Source: a virus. From it: a DNA stretch of 64,000 nt. Under the pieces are notes generated by a model. The model did no database searches. It was not told the DNA's origin and saw nothing but the letters and a program-made list of their open reading frames with translations. The position numbers and the translations under genes are program-made. This document shows, piece after piece, positions 29,333 to 37,261 of this stretch. Location: IMG/VR virus record IMGVR_UViG_3300010412_000002, positions 1-64,000 of that record; one strand, given 5' to 3'. How positions within the stretch are numbered: the first letter of the stretch is position 1; each line of letters begins with the position of its first letter.

Positions 29333-30140
29333 TGCCTATTTTGCTTTCTAAGCGTTTTACAATTTCGAACCAATTATCACTTTTAATTGCTTTGGAAAAG
29401 TTCCATTGTAATATGGTGTAATAGGTCGATTTCTTGTCTGCGTAGGTTTCCAGCTGCATTAGCATATTCACTAAGCGAATTGCTTCTGCAGGTGTTGGCC
29501 AATACTCTTCACGCTTGATCACATCACGAAATCCGATCGACATCTTCACGACATAATCCAGGAGACCTTCAGGCGCTGGATCCGCTTGATTCTCAAGGAT
29601 AAGCTTGAATTTGTCTTTGTCAGGAGGTGGAAATTCAACAACGATGAGACGTCGTAAGAATTCTTCCCAGTAACCTCGACGGTTATTTGAAGTTCCAAAG
29701 AAATACATGTTGTTTGCATTTCCTTCAATTACGCCACCATATGGGCCTTTAAACCATGATCTGCCAGTATCCAGAACTTGTAGAGCAGGTGCGTCAGCTC
29801 TTTCGGGGGTTTTATCCCACTCATCGAAAAAGATGATAACCGGGTGTGAATTAGAATCCACAACCGCTTGATACAAATTTGAAATACTAACCGATCCAGT
29901 TCCCTGGACCATCTTGGCCGCGTTCATTGAATAGAACAACTGGTTCGCGGATTCTATTTCCGCTCCTGTCATTTTGTACACCGGGATGCCTGTGATACGA
30001 GCAATCTCATCTACTAAGAGAGATTTGCCCGCCCCAGGAGGCCCTGTGAAAAGCGAGTAACGCCCTCTGCCTCTGAAGACGTCGGAAACTACTTGCGCTA
30101 CGAGGATTTCTTGGTCCTCGCTGTAAATATACTCAATCAT
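29292..30140 (-). CDS. MoxR-family AAA+ ATPase
   Basis: GPPGAGKS, IFFDEWDK, FGTSN and EFLRRL motifs. Confidence 0.85.
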   Translation of the reverse strand: MIEYIYSEDQEILVAQVVSDVFRGRGRYSLFTGPPGAGKSLLVDEIARITGIPVYKMTGAEIESANQLFYSMNAAKMVQGTGSVSISNLYQAVVDSNSHPVIIFFDEWDKTPERADAPALQVLDTGRSWFKGPYGGVIEGNANNMYFFGTSNNRRGYWEEFLRRLIVVEFPPPDKDKFKLILENQADPAPEGLLDYVVKMSIGFRDVIKREEYWPTPAEAIRLVNMLMQLETYADKKSTYYTILQWNFSKAIKSDNWFEIVKRLESKIGNVASALRTELGKA

Positions 30141-30150
30141 AGGCTACAGT

Positions 30151-30447
30151 TTAATCTTCCATGAGCAGTTCAATAAGATACCACTCTTTGTAGCTTATAG
30201 GGTTATCGGATAAAGAAAATGGCAAATCTTCTTCCGTTACTTCAAGTTCCTGCACATCAAAAATTAGATATGCCTCATCTTTTACGATTAAAAAGGTGTC
30301 TATTTCTTTCTTTTGCCTACGAAAGAATACAAAATGTACGTCGTTCTTTATGGCTGCAATTAGCCATAAATTAGTGGGGGGAGACCCTTGAGTCTCCCCA
30401 TCCACTGCTTTACCCGTCATCGCTGCTTCATTACAGGTTTTACCCAA
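30151..30447 (-). CDS. hypothetical protein
   Basis: Short ORF in the operon. Confidence 0.4.
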   Translation of the reverse strand: MGKTCNEAAMTGKAVDGETQGSPPTNLWLIAAIKNDVHFVFFRRQKKEIDTFLIVKDEAYLIFDVQELEVTEEDLPFSLSDNPISYKEWYLIELLMED

Positions 30448-31007
30448 TCGTAGTTATGGGGTACAATTATGAATTGTTCCCCACGGTAACTCGAGTCAGG
30501 TATGGGCAATAAAAATTGTGGGCCATAAGCCCACTTGCCAGTAAGAGTGTCTCCTTCAACGAGGTAGCCGTACGCGTTCGTATCCCAGCCAAAATATGTG
30601 GGCTCACCGTGCGGTAATATTTCTCCTCGGTAGACATCCGGGGTAGTTTCCGTGGCGTATATGATCGGTAGTAACATACCCGATCTCGCCTGATCGGTTT
30701 TTGGAGGATCCACGATCACTTTTTCCGCCGTTGGAACGTAATCGAGAATCGCAGTGTACGGATTCCCCGGTATGGCAAAAACTTGTTGCCCTTGGTAAAA
30801 TACCACCTCATAAGGCGCCAATATCTTGATGTCCTCATTGGTCTCCATCGAGACACCGCGATAGACTACAAAAACATAAGGGCCATCGTAGATGATAGTT
30901 TGAAATCCTGCGACTTTACCCTGGGCAATTCCACGATTATGCGCCAAAAGCATTGTCAGAAGCAGCAAGAGAAGGGTTGCTAAAAACCCGAAGATGTTGT
31001 TCCTCAT
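30417..31007 (-). CDS. exported protein
   Basis: Signal-peptide-like N-terminus MRNNIFGFLATLLLLLLTMLLA. Confidence 0.55.
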   Translation of the reverse strand: MRNNIFGFLATLLLLLLTMLLAHNRGIAQGKVAGFQTIIYDGPYVFVVYRGVSMETNEDIKILAPYEVVFYQGQQVFAIPGNPYTAILDYVPTAEKVIVDPPKTDQARSGMLLPIIYATETTPDVYRGEILPHGEPTYFGWDTNAYGYLVEGDTLTGKWAYGPQFLLPIPDSSYRGEQFIIVPHNYDWVKPVMKQR

Positions 31008-31030
31008 GGTTTTTTATTTTTTGGTGTGCG

Positions 31031-31420
31031 TTATTGTTTTAACAAGACGTAATCTTCCCGTCGGTTTATCCCTTCGAGGCGAATAACCTCTCCGGTACCA
31101 ACAATATCCATGTAAAATGACCTGTAGCCATATGGCCACACCTGTGTTTTTAAAGCGTCGGGGTAGTCTGCCTCCCACTCGAACCAGAATTCACCCACGT
31201 CCCGTAGGTGATGGTTGGGGTAGTCGTAGGCGTATATCTTGCCATCAGGGTCAAATCGGAAATACCCGATAACTTCATCTGGTGTAGGCGGTTCTGGAGT
31301 TTTGAAAACTATCATAAACTCACCTAACAGATAGTGTATACGCCAATCAGTCTCCGGAGCTTGGAGTAGACTACATCCCGACACTAATAAGAACACTATG
31401 AGAAATTCGATCCTTCGCAT
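31031..31420 (-). CDS. putative lipoprotein
   Basis: MRRIEFLIVFLLVSG-C lipobox; start reassigned to 31420. Confidence 0.6.
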   Translation of the reverse strand: MRRIEFLIVFLLVSGCSLLQAPETDWRIHYLLGEFMIVFKTPEPPTPDEVIGYFRFDPDGKIYAYDYPNHHLRDVGEFWFEWEADYPDALKTQVWPYGYRSFYMDIVGTGEVIRLEGINRREDYVLLKQ

Positions 31421-32109
31421 TGGCGCAATAGTTGGTGGATTTGCATTGGCGGGATCTCGCATAAGATCTCGCATACTTCTTTTTCCCATTTTTCCTTTGG
31501 TATTTCGTCGTACATTGTTTCAAACATCTGGTATGATAAAAGGGCCAGACTGTTATCGACGGATTCACGAATTCCCGGACTCATATCCCGATGAGCTGTT
31601 AAAGCCAAGATAGCTTCCAGCAGGGAAAAGTATTTTCTGTGAAGGTCTGAATCCCCGGCGATTACATTCCAGGAATATCGGAATAAGCTCAATGAGGTAA
31701 ATGCAGGTGGATATACCCTGCTACTCTTTAGAGCCGCCAAAAAGCAGAGGCAATGAAAAGCCTCTGTGAAAATTGGCTTATTCTCTTTTGCGTTGCGTAT
31801 CATGGAGCTTGGAAAACGCCCTGCTTTTAATGTAGCGGATAGGCTTCGGTTTTTCCATATTCGTAGAACCGTTTCGGCCCTGTAGACTGAGACGATAAAT
31901 ATGTATAAGCCCAGTCCCATGACGATTGCAGCTGTGGTTTTTCCGAGTGGTTCGGAATGGTAAAGATTCAGTGCTCCCCATATCAATGCGAAAGTGAGGA
32001 ATACATGTAAAATTACCCAGAGGACCCCTTTAATGGCCTCATTGCGGTGATGCAGGAATGTGAATTCCATTTTTGTTTCTTTTTTCTGGATGAAAGAATT
32101 AGAGAGCAC
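31396..32109 (-). CDS. membrane protein
   Basis: Two N-terminal TM helices. Confidence 0.55.
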   Translation of the reverse strand: MLSNSFIQKKETKMEFTFLHHRNEAIKGVLWVILHVFLTFALIWGALNLYHSEPLGKTTAAIVMGLGLYIFIVSVYRAETVLRIWKNRSLSATLKAGRFPSSMIRNAKENKPIFTEAFHCLCFLAALKSSRVYPPAFTSLSLFRYSWNVIAGDSDLHRKYFSLLEAILALTAHRDMSPGIRESVDNSLALLSYQMFETMYDEIPKEKWEKEVCEILCEIPPMQIHQLLRQCEGSNFS

Positions 32110-32168
32110 TAGGGGGCTCCGGGGAGGATCACCCCCTAGCAGACTCTCCAGAATTGGTTCTTGCCCTG

Positions 32169-32369
32169 TTAGAAAGGTCCTCCTGAGGCTCTTCTGCGCA
32201 TTGCTTTTTTCTTCGCAGGTTTCTTCAGGAATTTCTTCTTAACGTAGCAGCCCCAAAGGAAGCTATAACCAACTTCAGATGCGGAAACACCCTTACGGGC
32301 AGCAAACCGTTCGATTTTGGCTAAAACAACCTCTTCGGCTGTTTGGGTGCGGGATGTGTGCTTTGCCAT
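32169..32369 (-). CDS. small basic protein
   Basis: 66 aa with a K/R-rich C-terminus. Confidence 0.4.
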   Translation of the reverse strand: MAKHTSRTQTAEEVVLAKIERFAARKGVSASEVGYSFLWGCYVKKKFLKKPAKKKAMRRRASGGPF

Positions 32370-32374
32370 GAATT

Positions 32375-32593
32375 TTAGTGATTTAGATTTGGTTGATACA
32401 TAGTTTTTTCAGGGTGGTTAGCCCGAAATGCATCAATCTTCTCCTTATTCATATTCTCCTCTTCCCACCGTATCTGGCTATAGTGTTGGTACATGCGTTG
32501 TTGCATGTCAACTGTTTTAACTGGATACATTGGGTAGCTAGGCTTACCACAACTCGCTACAAGAACCACGACTAAAATTATCAAGGTTCTCAT
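32375..32593 (-). CDS. small lipoprotein
   Basis: MRTLIILVVVLVAS-C lipobox; start 32593. Confidence 0.55.
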   Translation of the reverse strand: MRTLIILVVVLVASCGKPSYPMYPVKTVDMQQRMYQHYSQIRWEEENMNKEKIDAFRANHPEKTMYQPNLNH

Positions 32594-32706
32594 AAAAATG
32601 GGTTTAAAACACGCCGTCCGTCGCTGGCGGAACAAACATTCCTCAATCTCATCATCATGAAAATTGGGACGACTGTAATGTAGCTTTTATGGACGGCGCA
32701 AACTTT

Positions 32707-33060
32707 TTAATACGGTTCTGCAAGTATTTTCATTATCAGTACAAATAACACAATCATCTGTACCAATAAAGCCGCAATAGTTGCATATGCGGCGTCAGTA
32801 ACTTTTCTCTTGCTCTTATATGAGCTTATTACCATTGTGTAAACGCTGGTTCCGAAGGTTAACCCTGAACTCACCATTAATACGACTGGAATGTCAAGAG
32901 ACATATACAACCATATTAACGGTGAGATTAGAGCACCTATGCCTGAAACTAGAAAAATAGTTCCATAGGCCAGTCTGGTAAGCGAGTTCATTTTACCTGT
33001 TGCCGGACCACTGCTGCGATGGCAGATTGGTATGCCTTTTCCTTGTGCTTTTTCAGCCAT
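32707..33060 (-). CDS. small membrane protein
   Basis: Three hydrophobic segments; the start is probably 32991. Confidence 0.5.
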   Translation of the reverse strand: MAEKAQGKGIPICHRSSGPATGKMNSLTRLAYGTIFLVSGIGALISPLIWLYMSLDIPVVLMVSSGLTFGTSVYTMVISSYKSKRKVTDAAYATIAALLVQMIVLFVLIMKILAEPY

Positions 33061-33380
33061 TCAAAGGCTGAATTGATCCGGCCGATTTCTCCGTGCAAGG
33101 CGTTCAAGCGGGCCTGTTGGCTCGGGATACGGTCTTTTACCGGAATTGCCCGAAGAAAATTTTTCTTTTCGACGTGGTTGGCCAGGATGGCATGTTGGGT
33201 CTCAACATAGGCGTGGATTTCCTCAGTAGACATATCCGCGAAAATGTACTTCCAGCGGTTTTTTACTCGGGTTCTGCGAGTGATTCCGCGGTCATGAACA
33301 ATAATCGTTCCTTTTCCCTGAGAAGGGGCGATAGACATCGGTCGACGCGTCATGGTTATGATGATTTGATGAATAATCAA
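32988..33380 (-). CDS. hypothetical protein
   Basis: ORF in the operon. Confidence 0.45.
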   Translation of the reverse strand: MIIHQIIITMTRRPMSIAPSQGKGTIIVHDRGITRRTRVKNRWKYIFADMSTEEIHAYVETQHAILANHVEKKNFLRAIPVKDRIPSQQARLNALHGEIGRINSAFEWLKKHKEKAYQSAIAAVVRQQVK

Positions 33381-33440
33381 AAGGGTGGGAGCCCCGGTTT
33401 CCCTGAGGGAGGAGCGTGGTGCTCTAGGGCTCCCAAATGG

Positions 33441-34025
33441 TCACTGTATTTGCTTCTTTAGAGTGATTGCTGCAGTGGTGTCTACAGGTTCGAAGAGATT
33501 TACTCTCCAACCTCTGTCTGGGCACTGCTTTCCGGTACAGCCCTCATGAAATATGAGATCTGGTTCTGGGAGCAGTTTGTCCAGAGCCCATAACAACGCA
33601 TCTAATGATGCAATTGTCTGTGCTCGGTAGTCTTCGCTACAACTATCACGAATTTCACAGAGTTCTATCCCTACCCCATCCTTGTTGCAATCTTTCCCAG
33701 CATGCCAGGTGATTGCACTTATTGGATAGTGCTGATAGATGGTATCCCCACAAATTGTGAAGTGCCATGACACCTCACGTTTTGTAGTATCCATATAGAT
33801 TCTGTGAAACTCGGCGCCAGCGTACCAATTGTAGTTCTTTGTGCTATGAAGAACCACGTTGGTTTTCTGGCTACCTCCTGAAGTTCGTTCTGATGGCCCT
33901 GGCACATACTTATACACAATTTGTGGTTGTGTATCAATAACAGGGTAATTATATATAACTGTGTCTCGACGCAGAAATGCGACAACACAGCCCATCACGA
34001 ATAGGTAAGCGAATAACCATTTCAT
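33441..34025 (-). CDS. N-acetylmuramoyl-L-alanine amidase (Amidase_2) with N-terminal TM
   Basis: VVLHST, SWHFTI, TWHAG, GIELC, FHE and KQCP zinc-amidase motifs; start MKWLF at 34025. Confidence 0.85.
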   Translation of the reverse strand: MKWLFAYLFVMGCVVAFLRRDTVIYNYPVIDTQPQIVYKYVPGPSERTSGGSQKTNVVLHSTKNYNWYAGAEFHRIYMDTTKREVSWHFTICGDTIYQHYPISAITWHAGKDCNKDGVGIELCEIRDSCSEDYRAQTIASLDALLWALDKLLPEPDLIFHEGCTGKQCPDRGWRVNLFEPVDTTAAITLKKQIQ

Positions 34026-34039
34026 AAGCAATTGTTTAG

Positions 34040-34216
34040 AGATCGTGGAGGGAATCGAACCCTCGACCACGGTTTTTCACGCCGTTACTCTACCGGACCT
34101 ATGCAGTCTAAAGCACTTAATGTTAGGTAAGCGTCGCTTCCAACCTTTCATTATTAGATGCATAGTAGGAAATAAGTAATCAACTGATTTCCTTAATCAC
34201 TCTGAGCTACACGATC
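34040..34216 (-). tRNA. tRNA-Phe(GAA)-like RNA with an insertion of about 105 nt in the D-loop
   Basis: Acceptor GATCGTG/CACGATC; TA; D-stem GCTC/GAGT; anticodon arm ACGGC-GTGAAAA-ACCGT; variable GGTC; T-arm GAGGG-TTCGATT-CCCTC; the D-loop spans 113 nt. Confidence 0.75.
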
Positions 34217-34238
34217 CTTTTCGGTAGTGTGCGTGGAA

Positions 34239-34556
34239 TCAACATCGTTCATGGTATTGTTCATATTTACCTTGACAGGTAAACACGGTTACTGGTCTGA
34301 AAGTGTAGATTACTTCCCACCAAACCAGATTTTTGATCCTTCGGAAGTTTTCCGATACCTCTACACATTCGCACATTGCGTCAAATCTGTCTGTTTCATC
34401 AACTTCAGGATTTGCAGTGTGTGAGATTCGGATTTGGTCTCCCTGTTCATAGATATTCTTGATATCTTTGAGGGTTTCACCCTCAATTTTATCTATGAAC
34501 ATAATCATTTCCATGTTCGTATGTTCCACGTGGATAAAAGCTGCGAACTTTACCAT
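34239..34556 (-). CDS. hypothetical protein
   Basis: 105-aa ORF. Confidence 0.45.
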   Translation of the reverse strand: MVKFAAFIHVEHTNMEMIMFIDKIEGETLKDIKNIYEQGDQIRISHTANPEVDETDRFDAMCECVEVSENFRRIKNLVWWEVIYTFRPVTVFTCQGKYEQYHERC

Positions 34557-34672
34557 ATGTGTATGAATTAGTTGTGTGGGAAGGGGGCTCGGCTGCTACC
34601 ATGTCTAGCTGGCAACTAGACTGCATATACCCGTAGGTTTTTGCCGAGCCCAAATAGCTCTGATCTGGAAAG

Positions 34673-34930
34673 CTATATCTTCTTTGGGTTGCTTATGGCC
34701 AAGATATCTTCTGCAGGAACTGCCACTGTGTCTGATGCATATCCATCTTCTACAGCAAAGATATCGTTTTCCTCTTCATCTTCTTCTTTTGTTTCAACGC
34801 TAGGAAATACATCTACGAATCCGCAGATGATTATTTCTTCTCGAAACAATTTCTTTATTCCGTGACCAGAGTAACATATTCCATGTGTTACTCCTGCAAC
34901 TCCGTTGAATTGTACGGTGTATATATACAT
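34673..34930 (-). CDS. hypothetical acidic protein
   Basis: 85-aa ORF. Confidence 0.45.
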   Translation of the reverse strand: MYIYTVQFNGVAGVTHGICYSGHGIKKLFREEIIICGFVDVFPSVETKEEDEEENDIFAVEDGYASDTVAVPAEDILAISNPKKI

Positions 34931-35003
34931 TTTCTTAGAGATTGGTTTTGATTTAATTGGGGAGACGACCTAAATCGTCCCCCCTGAGCGACATGGGATT
35001 GGT

Positions 35004-35525
35004 CTATTCCATGCCACTCTGCCCAAACACGGTGAGCTCAATGCAGTGCATGAGCATCATCCGCTCCAATTTTGCAATTCGCCCCAGACGGAAATGGCTA
35101 CGGGCGTATTTTATCGACCTGCGGTATCTTCTCACAATCCGATGATCTCCCGGGTAGTTTGCTGCCATGTACATGCCAAGCATTGAGGTTTGATATTCCT
35201 TGATGTGTGCAGTTACGTAGTTTGCGATTTGCTGTTCCCGGATCATGCCAAGTTCTTGCATCCTGTCTACCAAACGGGTAGACAAAATGAGCATTGCATC
35301 TGGGTAATAGAACAGTTCCAGGAATTTGTCGGTTGGAGCAAAAGATAGACGTCTTTCTGTTTGATAAAAGACATCCAGATTCGCGCTTTCATTAAACAAG
35401 CGCGTTTCATACGAAGACAATGCGATTATATTGGCCATTTTTAATGGAGGTTGGTGACTCGTTAAAAGAGAGGACAACATAAATGCTGCCCTCTCCGAAG
35501 GAAATTCCCAGGTTATACTGCTCAT
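35004..35525 (-). CDS. hypothetical protein
   Basis: Probable start MSSITW overlaps the stop of the upstream gene. Confidence 0.5.
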   Translation of the reverse strand: MSSITWEFPSERAAFMLSSLLTSHQPPLKMANIIALSSYETRLFNESANLDVFYQTERRLSFAPTDKFLELFYYPDAMLILSTRLVDRMQELGMIREQQIANYVTAHIKEYQTSMLGMYMAANYPGDHRIVRRYRRSIKYARSHFRLGRIAKLERMMLMHCIELTVFGQSGME

Positions 35526-35776
35526 GATTGGGAATCTTCTTCTTGTTTTTTTGGTTCGTCCGGTTTGTATAGCATCGTATGAATTTCTCCGCCTGCGCAG
35601 CACATGACGCACCAGATGGTGATCATGAGCGCCCATAATACGGTGCTTCGTCCTACTTCATACCAGTCCCATCCTGTAAAGAGGGTGAAGGTAAGACACA
35701 CAAATATTCCAAACATAATTGGAATGGCATGGATGACAACAACAGTTGCCATAAATGCCCAAAATGAACTTTTCAT
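35522..35776 (-). CDS. small membrane protein
   Basis: Two TM helices; preceded by the repeated leader motif. Confidence 0.55.
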   Translation of the reverse strand: MKSSFWAFMATVVVIHAIPIMFGIFVCLTFTLFTGWDWYEVGRSTVLWALMITIWCVMCCAGGEIHTMLYKPDEPKKQEEDSQS

Positions 35777-35965
35777 ATCTTTAGGAGGTTGATTACAAAC
35801 GAAGAGAGGCTTGCCTAAGGCCTCTGTTGCACCAGTTTTTTACTGTGTGCTCCTCTTACTAACATCTCAGCACCGTGTCTGCAATGGGCACACGACCCAT
35901 CTCACGGCGTTAGTAAGGACTCCGGCTAATGAAAGCCAAAGGATTAGTCAACCCCCTGTTGATTC

Positions 35966-36379
35966 TTAGAATAGGTTTATGATGTCTTTTGCGCTTTCCT
36001 TTTGGAGACGATCATAAAAGTACCTAATTTGGCTCTGGATGTCTTGATCGGTAACAAGAAGCTTTAACAGGTCTTTGGGGGTGTAATACCTGTAGCTTTC
36101 TGTAAATGGCATAACATATACTGTGTATCCGTGACTATTCCACAAAGGATTAACCCGGATGGTCTTTACGCCATTACAGATGTCTGCGTAATCATTCTTG
36201 TGTAGCTGGAATGGAATGAACAACATGTTTAAGATTATGTGCATCATTCTCTCCAATTCTTCGTTGCTACGTGAGGTAAAGAATGGTTCCCCGTGCTCAT
36301 ACAATTTGACGAGCATGTCTGCGGTTAAGAGTAGATTAGTAATACTCTTTATCCTGCGCGGTATAATATATTGTCCCAT
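35966..36379 (-). CDS. hypothetical protein
   Basis: 137 aa; preceded by the repeated leader motif. Confidence 0.55.
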   Translation of the reverse strand: MGQYIIPRRIKSITNLLLTADMLVKLYEHGEPFFTSRSNEELERMMHIILNMLFIPFQLHKNDYADICNGVKTIRVNPLWNSHGYTVYVMPFTESYRYYTPKDLLKLLVTDQDIQSQIRYFYDRLQKESAKDIINLF

Positions 36380-36464
36380 TGTTTAGGAGTTGGTTACAGA
36401 GAAGAAGGGCCTGCTTGGGTTGCCGTGTCTTTTGACTTGGAACTTACACAGGCCCTTTGGGGTG

Positions 36465-36659
36465 TTATTCTTTTATGTCTAAACTTGCGAAGAGACATAA
36501 AAGAAAGAACACGAATGATGGAATTGAAATGAGACAAAATCCCACGAGCCAGATTTTAAATGGCTCAGCATCCGGAAAGATACAGGGACCTGACATTCCA
36601 AAGAGTGTCGTTAGGATGAAGATTGCTGCGAGCACACGCAGCCAAAGTTTCCTTTTCAT
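36465..36659 (-). CDS. small two-TM protein
   Basis: 64 aa; preceded by the repeated leader motif. Confidence 0.55.
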   Translation of the reverse strand: MKRKLWLRVLAAIFILTTLFGMSGPCIFPDAEPFKIWLVGFCLISIPSFVFFLLCLFASLDIKE

Positions 36660-36742
36660 ATCTTAAAGGGAGTTGATGACAAAGGGTAAGAGAGCAACAC
36701 CTAATTAATCTCACGAAAAATAGAGTGCGCTCTCTTGTTCTC

Positions 36743-37135
36743 TTACTTGTTTTGCATCTTTTCTTGCAGCTTTTGGGCTGCAGATGCAATAAACTTTTCA
36801 CGAGCAGTTGTGCTTGTACAGATCGCAAGTAGAGCGTATTTCAGCTCACATTTACTGCAATCATCACCTGGTTCTGCGACAAGTATAAATCCGTTTTTAT
36901 CTTTTAGGCTGAAGTGCTTATATGCACTGCCTGTGTGGATTACTACGGATTCAATTGTGTGTAATTCCATGAACTCTTTCCATACTTTGGAGAGTTCATG
37001 CCAGAGATTGTCATACTGCAATGCAGGCATGTTAATCTCAGTTAGGACTATGGCGAGAGCATGTGCTCTCCTTAAGAGCGCGTCCACATCTCTACTAGCC
37101 ATTTCCTTGAAAGTGTCGGACCAATCAAATGTCAT
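36743..37135 (-). CDS. hypothetical protein
   Basis: 130 aa; preceded by the repeated leader motif. Confidence 0.55.
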   Translation of the reverse strand: MTFDWSDTFKEMASRDVDALLRRAHALAIVLTEINMPALQYDNLWHELSKVWKEFMELHTIESVVIHTGSAYKHFSLKDKNGFILVAEPGDDCSKCELKYALLAICTSTTAREKFIASAAQKLQEKMQNK

Positions 37136-37161
37136 ATCTTAAGGGGATTGATTACTTGGAC

Positions 37162-37213
37162 CAGCCTTTAACAACGTTATAACATAAACTCTAAGCAGCC
37201 TTTAACAGCGTTA
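37162..37213. repeat. 18-bp direct repeat (two copies, one mismatch)
   Basis: CAGCCTTTAACAACGTTA (37162-37179) and CAGCCTTTAACAGCGTTA (37196-37213). Confidence 0.7.
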
Positions 37214-37261
37214 GCTGTTTTTAAAAGAGAATGAGGAGAGCCGGAGCCCTCCTCAAAACTC

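Larger units (their letters stand above)
35774..37155 (-). promoter_or_regulatory. four copies of a conserved leader motif GTAATCAA(C/T)(C/T)CC(T/C)...AAGATATG
   Basis: 35796-35774 GTAATCAACCTCCTAAAGATATG; 36397-36377 GTAACCAACTCCTAAACAATG; 36680-36657 GTCATCAACTCCCTTTAAGATATG; 37155-37133 GTAATCAATCCCCTTAAGATATG. Confidence 0.65.

Noticed and set aside
34026-34070. N-terminal extension of the amidase ORF given in the ORF track
   Set aside because: It overlaps the T-arm and acceptor stem of the tRNA-like RNA; ATG 34025 gives a clean signal-anchor start.
37162-37213. Mini CRISPR array
   Set aside because: Only two 18-bp repeats with a 16-nt gap, and no cas genes in the window.
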